A stretch of DNA of 63,423 nucleotides, filler included, from Guillardia theta CCMP2712 (GCF_000315625.1; 5 parts of 5 records of this genome joined end to end with filler, not necessarily neighbours in it); one strand, 5' to 3'. Shown: positions 11,697-24,951, counted from the whole stretch's first letter. Numbers and translations: made by a program. Notes: generated by a model not told the origin, from the sequence alone.

Positions 11697-14600
11697 AGTC
11701 CTCGTCCTCGCTCTTCCTTCTCTCTCGCCTGATTCTTCTCTTCTCTTCCTGCAGGGCAAGTGGACTCGCAGGTGTCTTGAGCTGGGAATTTTGCCGCCGC
11801 TCCTCCTCCTCCGGCAGACTCTCTCGCCGCAGAGGCCCTGCCACCAGGTGCGGAGAGCGGAAGGACAGGGCGGGGGAGGAAGGAAAGACACAGAGGCGAG
11901 GGACGAAGTGAAAGGAGAGGCAATAAGGGGAAGTGGGGTGGGGGGAGAGATGGGGAGAGGACAGAGGGGGGCGGGAGAGAGGGAGGAGAGGAGACGAGGA
12001 GGGACAAAAGATCATTCGACTGGGACAGGTAGCAGTGGAGCTGCTGGAGCTGCTGGCGAAGACCCAGGGGACGCCGAGGACGACAGCAGAGGCGATCGAG
12101 CGAGGAGGAGGGATGAGGACTGGGGAGAAGAGAGAGGAAGAGGAGGAGGAAGAAGAGGGGAGATGAGAAACAGGGATGGAGTAAGGTGAGGAGAGGGGGA
12201 GGCAGGAGGGAGTGGAGGAACGCGAAGTGATGAATACATTCAGTCAAGGAGGTCAGGAGCGGAGAGGAGGATGGTTCTCCTTGCCGTGCCCCTTGGGTCC
12301 GTTGTAAAGCCGAAAGCCGTAGATACGAGGCACGTACACCTAGCAAGCAGCACCCCTCCATCAGAGGTGAAACAAGGGGGTGGGTGAAGGAGAGGAGGGA
12401 GGGGGGTACCTCGGGACGGGAGGGCGGGAAGAGCTCGGGGAAGGTCTGAAGCAGAAGGTGAGGGAAGGAAGTGCCGAAGTAAGCGCCTGCGATGAGTGAG
12501 GGCCAGGAGAAGCACGTCAGACAGCGGGAAGAGGGAGGAGAGAATGACATGGAGGATGAAGGTTGAAGCGGAGAGGAGGAAGAAGAGGAGGAGGAGAAGG
12601 GGAGGAGGAGGAGGAAGAGGAGACGAAGAAGGGGAGGGCGAGGAGGAGGAGGAGGAGGAGGAAGAGGAACAACAAGGAAGAAGACGTCACCATCAGTAGC
12701 CGCCTTGCGCGAGCTCTTGGGATAATACATGTCCTGACATTTAGGACAGAAAACCTGCTCTCAATATCAATGCTCCTTCAACCCCCTCATCACTTCCTCC
12801 CCTCCCCTCCTCCTCGTCTCCTCCCCTCCCCTCCTCCTCGTCTCCTCCCCTCCCTCTGCTCTTCTCTGCGTCCTCTGCACCTTGACGGTCAGTTGATGAG
12901 GAATGTCGCTCTGTCCGACGGGAAGCACAGCCTGCGACGAATTCAGGAGGACAAACCGCGTTGAGGGGAGGAGGAGCAAGAGGAGAGGAGGAGAGGAGGA
13001 GGAGCAAGAGGAGGAGGAGGAGGAGGGGAAGAGCGGGGAAATGAGCACCTGTCCGTCACAGAGGACGCGAGGGCAGCGACCGAAGTCGCACCTGCGGAAC
13101 TTCTCGAGCTGAACGAAGAGGTGAGAGGAGGGGAGTGAGAGGAGGGGAGTGAGAGGAGGGGAGGACGAAGATGTCGCACCATCTGCTGCATACCCCGCTG
13201 TGTGGCGATGTATCGAGCATGGATCAGACCGTACAAGACCTCTGCTGCAGACTCAACCAGCTCCTGCATCCTCCTTTAGTCGTCTCTCCTTCTCTCCTTC
13301 TCTCCTTCTCTTCCCCTACCTGCTGGTCCTGCGTGAGCATCTCGTCCTGTGGAGTCTCGATATCCTGTAACGTATGGGCGTAAGGAATGAGAGGAAGTGG
13401 AAGGAGGGAAGAGAGAGGGGAGAGGAGGAGGAGGAGGATGAGGATGAGGATGAGGATGACGAGGAGGAGGAGGAGCAGCAGCAGCAGTAAGAGGAGAGGT
13501 AACGAACGAGGATGATGTCAAGGGCATAGTCGTAGTATGGAACCTGCAACAAGTGAGCGAGAGTTTAGAAAGAGGAGTAGGAGGAGGAGGAGGAGGAGGA
13601 GGAGGATGGAGGATCGAGGTTGAGTGATCACTTTGGTGAGGAAAAAGATTTTTACATGCAGGTGATGTCTTTGCAAATTCGACGGCGGGAGGAAATATTA
13701 GATGGGTGATGTCGACATGTCGGGCAAGCATGATCAGCGCCCTGGACAAACTCAAAGAGCGGTTCCGAGAACGATGACGCCAAGTANNNNNNNNNNNNNN
13801 NNNNNNNNNNNNNNNNNNNNNNNNNNNNNNNNNNNNNNNNNNNNNNNNNNNNNNNNNNNNNNNNNNNNNNNNNNNNNNNNNNNNNNCCCCTGATTTTCTA
13901 GCGACTACACCCAGCGATACAAATCCTTTGCATAGGGGAGTGGTGCTAGGAAGCCTAGCCAGTGGTGTGTTCTTATGCAACGTGAAGTAGCACTTTCGAG
14001 GGTAGGGTGGGAACCTCCGGGGACCTCGTCGTCGTGTTTAGGGGCCAATACGTAAGGTAAAAGCGCATAGAACCGAGTTCCAGATCCTCGTAGGTCTGAG
14101 GAACAACCTCGACACCCCGCAAAAATCCTTGTTATCCCCATCCTTCTCCTCCTCCCTCATCCTCCTCCTTCTCTTCATCCTCCGTCTGTCAGTCCGTCCC
14201 TCCTTCCTTTCCTCCCTCATGCTCTCTCCATTTTCCTCCCTTCCTGCCCCTGCTTGTCTTGAGCAGCAACAGCTCCTCCCCTCCCCCTCCTCTCTTCGAT
14301 TATCACCCGCTAGGACGGTGCCAGGAAGAAAATGTGGGGGTGGGGGAAAAACATGAAAGAAGAGGACATGGCGGTATCAGAATCGGGGGGGGGGGGGGGA
14401 GGAGGAGGAGGTCACCTGAATCCACGACAAGCCTTCATTTTCAGTCCCTTCCGACTCCTGCGAGGGGGTCAAGAGAGCAGCGTTGAGCGCCTCCGGCTAC
14501 CTCTCTGCTGTCTTCGGCGTCGTCCCCTTCGATCACCTGCGCAAGCTTAAGGGTCTGACCTGCAGCTGGGGCACAGCAGGGGTCACGTGATCGCCTTCCT

Positions 14601-14720
14601 CTCCTGCACCCTCGTCAGCTCCACTTGTCCCTCCTCTCCTGCCGGTACCTGCTCGCTGCTCTCCTCCTGCCTCCGCTAGAGCCCCTCCCTAGTTCCCCGT
14701 AAGCCATTCGCTCCTCCCAT
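11132..14720 (-). CDS. CSNK2B: Casein kinase II regulatory (beta) subunit, multi-exon; one internal exon missing at the 13600-14390 gap region; 3' end approximate
   Basis: Exons read [14 protein letters not shown] (~14417-14458), [114 protein letters not shown]. These are the diagnostic CK2 beta motifs including the CPRxxC...CPxC zinc finger. Confidence 0.93.
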
Positions 14721-15900
14721 GGTCCTATTCCCTCCTCTTACCTGAGCTTCCCCCCTGCGTTGCGCTTCTTCTCCTCTGCTCGAGCATCAGCGTCTGTGAT
14801 CGCCGCCTATCGCCTCACCTTCTCGATCCCATCCTGACTTCCTTGCTCTATCTCCCAACCAAGCTCATTCAAATCCTTCCGCCTGCATCGCAATGTTAGC
14901 ATAACGGTAACACTGTCCATTGCTCTGTTCTGCTCTGCTTTCTTCACTGTCTCCCCCCTCCCTCCTCTGGTATACCTTCTTCATCTTGTGTACCCTTCCC
15001 TCCCTGTCACCCTTCACCCGTACTACCGTTATCAGCTCTTCTTGGCTCTGCTCTTCTTCCCTTCCCTCGCTCGTTCCTCTCTGCTCTGCTCTGCTCATGC
15101 TTCCCACCTTCTGCTCTCCTCTCCGATCATCTCCGATCATCTCCGCTCCTCTCCCCTCCTCCTCTCCTTCCGACCCCTCCCGCTTCCTCGCCTCTTCCTC
15201 CATTCTTCTTCCCCGCATACCCCAGTACTGAAGAATTAGTCAACTTTAAAAAGAAATAAAAAATGTTTTTTATTTCTTTCTTTCAAGTTTTACAACCTTG
15301 GCGGCCCCCTCGTTCAGGGGCAGGATTAGTTTGGTTTAGCTCACAAGTTTAGATTAGGTTGATCTAAACCTGGCTGTGTCGGTCAACTGGTAGTATTAGG
15401 CCCTCATGTGTACCGATGTGTAGGGTGGGGTAGGGGTCATCTTGATAGTGGTAGGGGTGACTCAAGGGGGTAGTAAGCTAGCCAGGATCTTGGCCAAGGA
15501 CCCGGTTTGAAATGAAATTATGTCAAATTGAGGGGGTACTAATCAACTATTAGGGGGTAGGGGTACAAGATAAGGGGTGCATAGGATAGAGGGTCCAAAC
15601 CGTTGGTGCCAAAGTGCTATGTGGGGAAAATGCAGGGGGGGGGAGAAGAACTTGAAGGAGGAGGAGGAGGAGCAGGGGGAGGAGGAGGAAGGGAAGGGAA
15701 GGGAGGGAAGGGGAGGGAAGGGAAGGGAAGGGAAGGGCAGGGAAGGGAAGGGAGGAGTGCATCACGATGGAAGGATTATGGAGCAGCAGTAGGAGGGGAA
15801 GAAGGGAGGGGACTGTCTGAGGTGAGAGGGAGAGGACAGGAGTATGATAAGACTCCCCTTATGCTTTCCTTTGACAGAACGTGACTGATTGACCTGCAAG

Positions 15901-18900
15901 ATGAAGGATCGGCACCTGCGTCTCGGGCAGTCCAACTGAGCGCGTGACTCGAGGGCCGTCAACTCAGCATCGCTGTAGTGATGATCTCTTCGTTGCAGCG
16001 CAGTAAACCAGCTCCCGTCGGCCTGCTGAGCTCCTTCGTGCAGCGCCAGGCGTCCAATGGTGATGAGAGTCTCGGGAGGAGGCGATGAGCTGCGGTGCCA
16101 TGGCTGACGGCTGTCGCTGCAGGAGAGAGGAGCCCCAGCGAGGAGATGTCAGCAGAAGCAGCTGAGTCAGCCAAGGAGGAGCTGGAGGAGGAGAGGAGGG
16201 TGCAGGCGCTGAGACGCGGGAGCTCGGGGAGTCTAAGGGATCTGATCCGATCCAAGATGAGGCGAAACTCGGCGAGCACCCGCAACAAGCTCGAGCAGAT
16301 GCAGCGACTCATGCTCAAGCGCAAGGGAACCACGTTGGCCGACCTGCGCAAGTACACGCTGGAGCTCGAGCGGTTCGCGAAGAAGGAGAGGAGCGGCAGG
16401 TCAGAGGACGAAGAGGTGAGAAGCCGAGGGGTGAGGAGAGGCTGAGAGACTGACCGGAAGCTTCCAAGACGCGGGACGAAATGCAGCGAGTGCGAGAGAT
16501 GCTGGAGGAGATGAAGGACGCGCTGTTCTTCGAGTCCTTGACCGAGAGCCAGATGGCGGTGCTCATGTCTGACTGCGCGTTCAAGCAGTACGAGCCCGGG
16601 GAGGTGGTGGTGAGGGAGAAGGAGCGATGCCTGGCTCTCTTTGTCCTCGTGCAGGGGGGCATCGGGGAGTACAAGGGCATCGAAGAGCTCGGGGCTTCTC
16701 CCATAGCCGACCCGATCCGATTGTACTCCAAGAGGGTCAAGCTGCTCGACCAGCCCCTCGATCAGTTCTGCAGCCTCTCCCTCTTCCTCGGCAGCCCCTC
16801 CAAGGCAACCTACGCCGCCGTCTACCCCTCGCAAGTCTTCAAGATCCCGGCTTCTGCCATACAGCCGCTCATCATCAACGACCCCGCCTTCGTCAAGAAG
16901 GTAGCTAACTTCCTCCTCTCCGACCCAGACCTCGAGCACAGCAACCTCTCCAATATGGGCTTGACCACCAGGTGCTAGCACTCTTCTTCCCCTGCTTCTT
17001 TTTCTCCTTCCCCTGCTGCTGCTGCTGCTGCTTCCCCCCCCCCAAGTTTGAAGCATATACTGCTCATGCTACGCTTTTGTCTTCGCTATCCTACGCCTTC
17101 TTTCATAGCGTACAGAGCTTTACCTGACTTGANNNNNNNNNNNNNNNNNNNNNNNNNNNNNNNNNNNNNNNNNNNNNNNNNNNNNNNNNNNNNNNNNNNN
17201 NNNNNNNNNNNNNNNNNNNNNNNNNNNNNNNNTGCTGCTTCTTCACCCTCCTGTTCCTCTCCTCCACTTTCGTGGGGAGTGAGATGTACGAGTACGTGAT
17301 GTCGAGGCCATACGCCAAAGCGAAGAGGTGAGGAGAGGGGAGTGAAGGAAGAAGCAGAAGAGCAAGGCGGTTGAAGGAGCCCCGGGCCATGATCAAAAGT
17401 TAGAGGAGGCGGAGGAGGAGGCGGAGGAGGAGGAGGAGGAGGAGGAGGAGGAGGAGGAGGAGGAGGAGGAGGAGGTTGAGCGCTGATTGATGCTCAGCGA
17501 TCCGAGAGAAGGAGGGCGAGGAGGTGGAGGAAATCGCTCCCTGCGTGGGGCTGAAGAAGATGGTCTCCTCTCCCTACAGGCGCTGCTCCGCCTCTCACTC
17601 CTCCTCTGACGCTCCTGCAACAGGCAGGACACCCGCCGATCGCACAGGTCGATGGAGCAGACGGAAGGCGAGACGCATCTTTCTCCTCGCCTGACCCTCC
17701 GCGACATCTCGCGCGGCACCTGCTCCTTCACGCGCTCCAGTAGGAGGGCGGAGGGAGACACGAGGAGCACCAGCAGAGGTTGGAAGCGCCTCTCCTCCCT
17801 CTCGCTCATCCTCGTCGCAGGCATCGCGATCGGGAGCGACCCCGAGTCGTGGAGGGAGCAGGAGAAGTTTGAGGAGAAGCCGCTGGTGACGATGCCGGGG
17901 AGCGGATACTTCTTCCCTCGCTGCTTCGACTCTAGAGGTCGCTGACTTGTCGAGCTTGGAAGGCGGGGAGCTGAGAGGAGGGGGAGGCAGGAGGGACGCG
18001 GGAGACGCTGGAGGAGCTGTCCTCCCTGCAGGAGATGAACCGGAGCTCGGCGACGAGGTTCAGTCGCAACATGCGGCTGTGGGTTGCAGACAACAAGTCC
18101 AAGGGCAAACCTCACATCTCCTACCAGCAGCGGTGCTGGAGGAGCTGCCGCGCGAGCCGAGCTGACGCTGCAGCAGGAAGCGATGGGAGAGCAGAGAAAG
18201 CAACATACGGGAGCAGATGCAGTTCGAGCAGGTCTCTCCTTCCCTCTCCGCCTTCCGCTGCGCCAGCCCAACCAGGCAGGAGGAGCCAGACGAAACTCAC
18301 TTCAAGTCAAAGGTCAGGAGAGGGAGGAGGAGAGGGAAGGGAGGGGGAAGGAAGAGGAGGGGGAGGAGGAGCAGGAGGAGGGAGGCGTAGGCGGAGGCGG
18401 GGAGGAAGAGGAGGAGGAGGAGGAGGAGGAGGAGGAAGAGGAGGAGGAGGTTACTTCCTCTTCAGCTCTTACCGTGATGGCTGGCAGCAGCAGGGGGAGG
18501 AAAAGCGTCCTTCGCTCGTGACCTTCGAGTGCAAGGAGCGGCACTCGTTCCAGGTCGCCAACCTGCAGGACGTCTTCCAGCACGTGCAGTACGAGAAGCC
18601 GAGCAACGAGCAGGCGGACAAGCACGACTTGACGACGAAGGAGGTGGGAGGAGGAGGAGGAGGTGGGAGGAGGAGGAGGAGGTGGTGGTGGTGGGAGGAG
18701 GAGGAGGAGGAGGAGGAGGAGGAGGAGGAAGAGGAGGAGGAGGAGGAGGAAGAGGAGGAGGAGGAGGAGGAGGAGGAGGAGGAGGAGGAGGAGGAGGAGA
18801 TCCGCAGGACTGATAGGAAGGCAGGTCGTCAGGTTTGACGACGAGAGGATGAAGGACAAATTCAGTGTCTTCCCCTTGCGGCAGACCATGACGATGCTGC

Positions 18901-19394
18901 GCTCGTCCCCCTACCTCCTCAAGAAGGAGGTCGGCATCCTCTCCTCTCACTCCCCGTCCTCCCCCAGCAGGAGTGCTCAAAGGAACATCCGCTATCCTGA
19001 CTCGCTTCTCCCCGAGGCTCAGCCCGCCGCCTGGAACTCATCGCTGAGAGTGGCGGACACGACTGGGCTGATCGGAGAGGAGGAGCAGCAGCAGCTGCAC
19101 GTGACCTTCACCTGCCAGACTCGTCGCGAGTTTCCCTTCTCCTTCGCCAACGGCCGCACTGACCCCAAGGCCTCCCACACCTTCACCGACCTCATCCGCC
19201 TCGGCGCCTCCACCCCCACCCCCTCCAGCGTCTCCCGCGAGGCCCAGGCGCAGGGGGTGCAGCGGGGAGGGTCTCCTACAGCGCCGGGGTCGCCGGGGTT
19301 CAAGACATGGCAGAACGAGGTGAAGAGAGAGTACCACGAGAGCGAGATGTTCTCCGCCATGTCCTCCCAGTCCACGTCCGGCTTCCGGATAGGT

Positions 19395-19450
<56 letters not shown>

Positions 19451-19730
19451 TCTCTCTCTCGCTCCGCGTCCCCCTATCGCTCTCGCTCCCGCTCTCTTTC
19501 CCAACTGATCGGGGGTTTCAGCGCGACGAACGGATCGCAAGTCTTGGGACGGAGGCTCAGCCAACTCTCGAGCTCCGGAGGAGGAGGAGGTGGGCAAGCC
19601 CATGGTGAGAACCCCCGAGGTCACCAAGACCCGCCAGCACGTGCACGAGGACCTGAACCTCAACCCTTCCTTCTCCGCCCCCCGCCCGACCTGGGTCTGC
19701 CTCGAACGCCACAAGCAGCATGCTCACTGA
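15901..19730 (+). CDS. Multi-exon protein with a cyclic-nucleotide-binding (cNMP/CAP_ED-like) domain; boundaries approximate
   Basis: Exon 16481-16972: LFFESLTESQMAVLMSDCAFKQYEPGEVVVREKERCLALFVLVQGG...VFKIPASAIQPLI matches the cNMP-binding fold pattern. Further GC-rich coding-like exons continue to 19730. Confidence 0.55.
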
Positions 19731-19915
19731 AAGAGCTGTGATGCCCTTCACTCTCAGGCCATATGGGTTTGTGAACGACACGGCAGACAAGGACACGCGT
19801 GGAGCTCTCTTCACCTTCTCCTCCCCTTTCGTATCATTGAACTCCTCTGCCTCGTCTGTCTCAATCACCCGACCCCGGTTGTCTGTATTTTGTCTGTCCG
19901 TCTGTCCGTCCGTCC

Positions 19916-20302
19916 GATCACGACAGAGAGCAGTAGCTCCTTGTAGAACAAGGATCACGACAGAGAGCAGTAGCTCCTTGTAGAACAAGGATCACGACAG
20001 AGAGCAGTAGCTCCTTGTAGAACAAGGATCACGACAGAGAGCAGTAGCTCCTTGTAGAACAAGGATCACGACAGAGAGCAGTAGCTCCTTGTAGAACAAG
20101 GATCACGACAGAGAGCAATAGCTCCTTGTAGAACAAGGATCACGACAGAGAGCAGTAGCTCCTTGTAGAACAAGGATCACGACAGAGAGCAGTAGCTCCT
20201 TGTAGAACAAGGATCACGACAGAGAGCAGTAGCTCCTTGTAGAACAAGGATCACGACAGAGAGCAGTAGCTCCTTGTAGAACAAGGATCACGACAGCAGT
20301 AG
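19916..20302. repeat. 37-bp tandem repeat, 10 copies plus a partial copy
   Basis: GATCACGACAGAGAGCAGTAGCTCCTTGTAGAACAAG from 19916 to 20286 with period 37; no spacers. Confidence 0.95.
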
Positions 20303-20763
20303 CGCAAGGCTCCTGCGATATTATTCCTACCACCTACGTTACAGACCGTTACATTCAGAGGGGAAGGCCATGCAATGGAGCTGGCGGCACACTGCGACAG
20401 GGTCAAGGGGAGGGAGAGGAGGAGAGGAGGAGAGGAGAGGAGAGGAGAGGAGAGGAGGAGAGGAGGAGAGGAGGAGAGGGTGATACATGGGCAGGAAGAG
20501 CAGAGGAGGGAGAGAGAGTGACAAGAGAAGACGCTCGAATGCAACTGATTTGATGAGAAATGGCGCGAAAGATGGTCAGGCCGAGAAGAAGCAGCAGGCG
20601 GCGGACGTGAGAATGGTAGGAGGATGAGGGGCAAGTGGCCTCATAGACTAGAAGGAGGATCGAGGTTGAGTGGTCACTTTGGTGAGGAAGAAGATTTTTA
20701 CATGCTGGTGATATCTATGCAGATGCGACGGCGGGAGGAAGTTTGAGATGGGCTGAGGTCGAC

Positions 20764-22931
20764 ATGTCGGGCAAGCATGAGCAGCTCCTGGACAAACTCA
20801 ACGATCGTCTCAGAGACGATGACGCCAAGTACAAGGACCTCGTGCTCGAGGTCCAGTCGAAGAGAGCTAAGGTAGCACAGGCTGAGGCCCGCGAGCTGCA
20901 GCTGCTCAAGGTGATGGAGCTGAGGAGCAAGGAGAACGTGATGCTGCGCAAGAAGATCTCCGATCTCGAGGAGATGCTTGAGTGCTCCATCTGCATGGAG
21001 CGACCGGCCTCGCACGCCTTCGACTGCGGACATTGCTTTTGCTGCCACGACTCCTGCTCCTCCTCCTCCCTCACTCGATGCGCCATCTGCCGCACAAGCA
21101 TCGGCTCCAAGGTGAAGCTGCGAGGTAAGCTCTCCTCTCTCTCGGGGGACCTCCGCGGCATCGCCAGCCACAGGCAGGCGGAGGAGAACCTGGAGGCGGC
21201 GACGAGCGCGCGCCTGCGGTTCGAGGAGAGGATGAGGCAGCAGCTGGCAAACCTTGCGCGGGGGCTGGCGCGGGCGAGGGAGGAGAGCAAGGGAGTGAAG
21301 GAGGCGTCCTTACGGCAGTCGCGCGAGACAGAGGAGGTGCTGGAGAAGCTCGAGAGGAGCGTGGAGGAGGTGGAGCGAGTGAGCTTGTTCGTCCTGCGAT
21401 CGTTCGGGCATGTTATGCTGGAGAAGCGAGTCAAGGAAGTGAGCTTCTCCTATGCAACTGTCATGTCGGACAAGAAGCCGCTGGAGCTCATCGAGCATGC
21501 GGCGAGCAAGGAGGACGTGAAGTCCATCCTCAAGCAGATGGCTGTCCACCTCGATGACGCCAGGGTGCAGGAGAAGTCGTGCCGCAGCCTGTGCAACCTC
21601 CTCCTCCCTCCCTCCTCTCCCTCCTCTCCCTCCTCTCCCTCCTCCTCCTCTTCCCCCCCCCCGGCCGTCTCCTCCTCCAAGTTAGACGAGTTCAAGTCTG
21701 CCTTCGGGCCCGAGCTGGTGGCGACGGCGATGAGGAACCACGAGGACAGCGAAGGCCTGCAGGCCCTGGGCTGCTCCCTCCTCAAGACCGTCGCTGAGCT
21801 GGACTTCAGCTGGCTGTTCCGGGTGAACCTGCTGGTGGAAACCTTGTTCTCTACCCTCGTCAACTTCTACGAGTCCTCAAGAATCCGCCGCGACGCCTCT
21901 GCCGTCCTCCTCCTCCTCTCGTCCTCCTCTCCCCTCCTCGTCAAGATCGCCATGCTCACTGGGCTGTCGGAGGCGATGGGGCGGGTGGGAGAGGAGGAGG
22001 AGCTGCTGCTGTTGTGCTGCACGCTGGTCCGGAACATGTCGCTGGACGAGGAAGGGAAGGTGCACGTGTGTCTCAACGGGGGGATAAAGCTGGTGGTGGA
22101 GGCCATGGCGGCGCGAGGAGGGAGCGAGAGGATTCAGATGCAGGGATGCGGCGCGTTGATGAACATGGCGGGGAACAGCAGCAGCCGCGTGCCGCCTTCC
22201 GTCATGCACATCATCCACACCATCATCGCGAGCAGCAGGACGGTAGAGACGATCATTGACTCGATGCTCCTCCACTCCTCCTCGCTCGACGTTCACATGC
22301 ATGCTCTAGCCGCCATCCGCAACCTCGCGTGGAGCAAGGAAGTGAAGGCCGTCCTCCCTCCCTCCCGCTGCATCGCCGCCATCGTCACTTCCATGGAGAA
22401 GTTCGCGGGGAACAGAAGCGTTCAGGTCCATGGCTGTGCGGCGCTGAAGAACCTGTCGTCCAACGCGGAAGGGAACAAGATCCTGATAGGAGAGGAAGGA
22501 GGCCTCGCCATCCTCCTCCTCGTTCTCCGCCGCCACCTCGACCACCCTGAAGTTCAACTGCAAGCGACTGCTGCGCTCCGAAACCTCGTGGGAGCAGGAC
22601 AGAACAAACAACGCATGCTCGCGCTCGGATTTGATAAGGTGCTGCTGCTTCCTCCTCCTCCTCCTCCTCCTCCTCCCCCTCCTTCCTTGTCTTGGACGAG
22701 CAAGTCCTTCGCTCCTCTCTCTTTCCCCTCCTCCCTCATGCTCTGAGTCGCTGCTGCAGGTCTTGAAGCAGGTGCTCGCAGCACACAAGGGGCACAAGGG
22801 CATAGAGGAGCATGCGACACGGGTCCTTAAGACCATAGGAACCGACCAGAATCCTTTGAGACCTGCTGGCTCCTCCAGCCAGGTCGACTCTCCTCCCTCC
22901 GCTGCTGCTGCTGCTCCTCCTCCTGCCCCTC

Positions 22932-22964
<33 letters not shown>

Positions 22965-23228
22965 CTTTTGCCCTTGCTGCTGCTGCGGCTCTTCTTCCTC
23001 CTGACCTTCCTCGCTGATCGTCTTCATCCTCTATTCCTCTCCGTCTCAGCTTACCCGTGACTTCCGTCCTCCCCCCCCTCTCGTACTCCCCCTCCTCTCG
23101 TTCTCTTCCTCCTCTTCCTCATCGTCTTCGCAGCATCTTCTCTCTACTTCTTCTCCTCAAGTCTCGTCGCGGGATTGCAGCAGCTCGTTGCAGCCTCAGG
23201 CCCTTGAGGACGTTCAGACGTGGAGTAG
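20764..23228 (+). CDS. Coiled-coil + RING-HC finger + armadillo-repeat protein (putative E3 ligase); first exon 20764-22638, 3' exons approximate
   Basis: LECSICMERPASHAFDCGHCFCC...CAICR RING motif; repeated VQ.xGC.AL.NL ARM motifs (VQEKSCRSLCNL, IQMQGCGALMNM, VQVHGCAALKNL, VQLQATAALRNL). Confidence 0.85.
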
Positions 23229-23264
23229 CCTGGTAGCCTCTCCATCCTCCTCCTCCCTAAACCC

Positions 23265-23364
23265 NNNNNNNNNNNNNNNNNNNNNNNNNNNNNNNNNNNN
23301 NNNNNNNNTTAATTAATTAANNNNNNNNNNNNNNNNNNNNNNNNNNNNNNNNNNNNNNNNNNNN
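23265..23364. other. Artificial scaffold linker N44-TTAATTAATTAA-N44
   Basis: Palindromic 12-mer with stops in all six frames between N runs; the same construct occurs four times. Confidence 0.95.
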
Positions 23365-23789
23365 ACCCTCCTCAATAAATTCAACCATACATATACATCC
23401 CTCATGTATAAGTATATCACTATCGTCCTCCTAAACGTCTCATCATAGTCCTCATCAAATTCTGTATACCATTGTGTGTACATATCCTCCTCCTCATACA
23501 TCCTGAAAAATACCTCCTTCAGATCATACAATCTTCTCAGATCATCCATCGCCCTCTCCCTCGTCATCCCTCTCCTCTTTAACACTCCATGATTCTCTAG
23601 TATTCTCAGTGGCATGTCCATCAGAAGTCTGTTATTCTTCTGCTCCCTCTTCTTCATGAAATTGTAACTAAAACCATACACCTCCCCCTCCATCTTATAC
23701 ACCATCCTCTCTATCTCTTCTATCCATGACTCTAAATATCCCTCTATCAACTCCTGCGCGCAATCTGGTAAATTCAACAGATCTATCAT
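23365..23789 (-). CDS. Hypothetical viral-like protein, 3'-truncated by block edge
   Basis: Open frame of more than 140 aa, same strand and composition as the neighbouring GIY-YIG genes. Confidence 0.6.
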
Positions 23790-23824
23790 TCTCTATACAT
23801 ATATACTCTCATCCCTCTTATATT

Positions 23825-24547
23825 TCATAAAGATCTACATTTTATATTGCTTAATGCACACTCTAATGATCTTACACACTCCTCCATCTTATCTAAACAA
23901 TCCATCATACTTCTCTCCACATTTACCTCTTCTTTGTCTTCTTCTTTTACATCCATCTCTAACCTCATCATTACATCCTTGAACAAATCTTGAACGTGTC
24001 TCAATGTCTGTATATGCTTCTCTATGCTCCTTTTGTGCACTCTCCGACCACACAAACACTCTATCATCCCCTCTTCGTACTTCTTCTTACAGTGCTCCCT
24101 TATTCTTTCTCTGTTCTTTTCATAGTACTTCCTACAATTCTCTATATCCTTCTCCCTATCTGTTTTATTTTTCCTATAATCTCTTTTTTGTATCCTTATC
24201 TTCTCAGCATTCGTCTCTGTCCATTCTTTTATGTCTCTTCTCTCTATCCTCACATTCAGTGTCCCTATCTCACGTATTATCTCTCCTTCTCTCGTACATA
24301 GCTCTAACTTGCTTTTACATGGATACTTCTCATGCAGTTCTATGTACCAATTCTCTACCCCTGTCTCCCTCATCTTTCTATATAATTGGGTTCTCCCATA
24401 TCTATCACCCTCTTCTGATCTTGAACATCTGTACCTATGAGTCTGCCATCTTTTTAATAATGGCTGTATTGTTGAACCTACATACACCAACCCCGGCTCC
24501 GTCTTACATCTCAATGTGTATATCATGCTCTTCGAATATTCTGACAT
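23825..24547 (-). CDS. GIY-YIG endonuclease with basic repeat linker and C-terminal C2H2-like zinc finger
   Basis: MIYTLRC...VYVGSTIQPLLKRWQTH...WYIELHEKYPCKSKLELCTREG; IECLCGRRVHKRSIEKHIQTLRH. Confidence 0.85.
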   Translation of the reverse strand: MSEYSKSMIYTLRCKTEPGLVYVGSTIQPLLKRWQTHRYRCSRSEEGDRYGRTQLYRKMRETGVENWYIELHEKYPCKSKLELCTREGEIIREIGTLNVRIERRDIKEWTETNAEKIRIQKRDYRKNKTDREKDIENCRKYYEKNRERIREHCKKKYEEGMIECLCGRRVHKRSIEKHIQTLRHVQDLFKDVMMRLEMDVKEEDKEEVNVERSMMDCLDKMEECVRSLECALSNIKCRSL

Positions 24548-24589
24548 TCTCTTTCCTTCGTTTTTATTCGTTTTTCTCTTATATGCCTT

Positions 24590-24883
24590 TCAATTCATAT
24601 TCCCGATCTCCCTCCTCACCTCCCCCTCCCTTCTCTTCAGTTCCTCCTTGCTCTTACAAGGATACACCTCATATAGTTCTATATACCACTCCTCCCATCC
24701 TTTTGACCCTCTCACCTTCTCATACAGTAGCATGTTGTATGTTCTCCCCCTCGGATCTAAACACTCCTTCTTGTGCTGTCCTAACCTCTTTGATAATGGT
24801 TGTACTGTCGACCCCACATATATCAACCCCTTATCCCCCTTATTCCTTATCGTATATATCACCCCCTTCGAGTAATCTATCAT
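24590..24883 (-). CDS. Minimal GIY-YIG endonuclease domain (paralogue of the adjacent gene)
   Basis: GVIYTIRN...IYVGSTVQPLSKRLGQH...WYIELYEVYPCKSKEELKRREG...N. Confidence 0.82.
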   Translation of the reverse strand: MIDYSKGVIYTIRNKGDKGLIYVGSTVQPLSKRLGQHKKECLDPRGRTYNMLLYEKVRGSKGWEEWYIELYEVYPCKSKEELKRREGEVRREIGNMN

Positions 24884-24951
24884 CTTATTCTTTCGTATTC
24901 ATCTGTTTTTTATATCGCCCACTCCCATATTTCACCATGTCTTTCGCATTC

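Noticed and set aside
13608-13786. Apparent duplication of the RING-ARM gene start (20654-20831) inside the CK2 beta gene
   Set aside because: Scattered substitutions and indels right beside an N gap, where a CK2 beta exon is missing; most likely a low-quality or misplaced read end.
14130-14385. Apparent diverged copy of UNC-45 intron/exon 10070-10294
   Set aside because: Error-like divergence near a gap; probably an assembly artefact rather than a paralogue.
19916-20302. 37-bp repeat array as a CRISPR array
   Set aside because: Units abut directly with no unique spacers, there are no cas genes, and the context is eukaryotic.
23255-23264. CCCTAAACCC at the end of block 1 as a telomere or as the left cap of the viral block
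   Set aside because: Only about 1.5 units and separated from the viral block by an artificial linker; insufficient evidence.
23309-23320. TTAATTAATTAA as a biological motif (also 39705, 56437, 61131)
   Set aside because: Identical six-frame-stop spacer centred in N runs; artificial.
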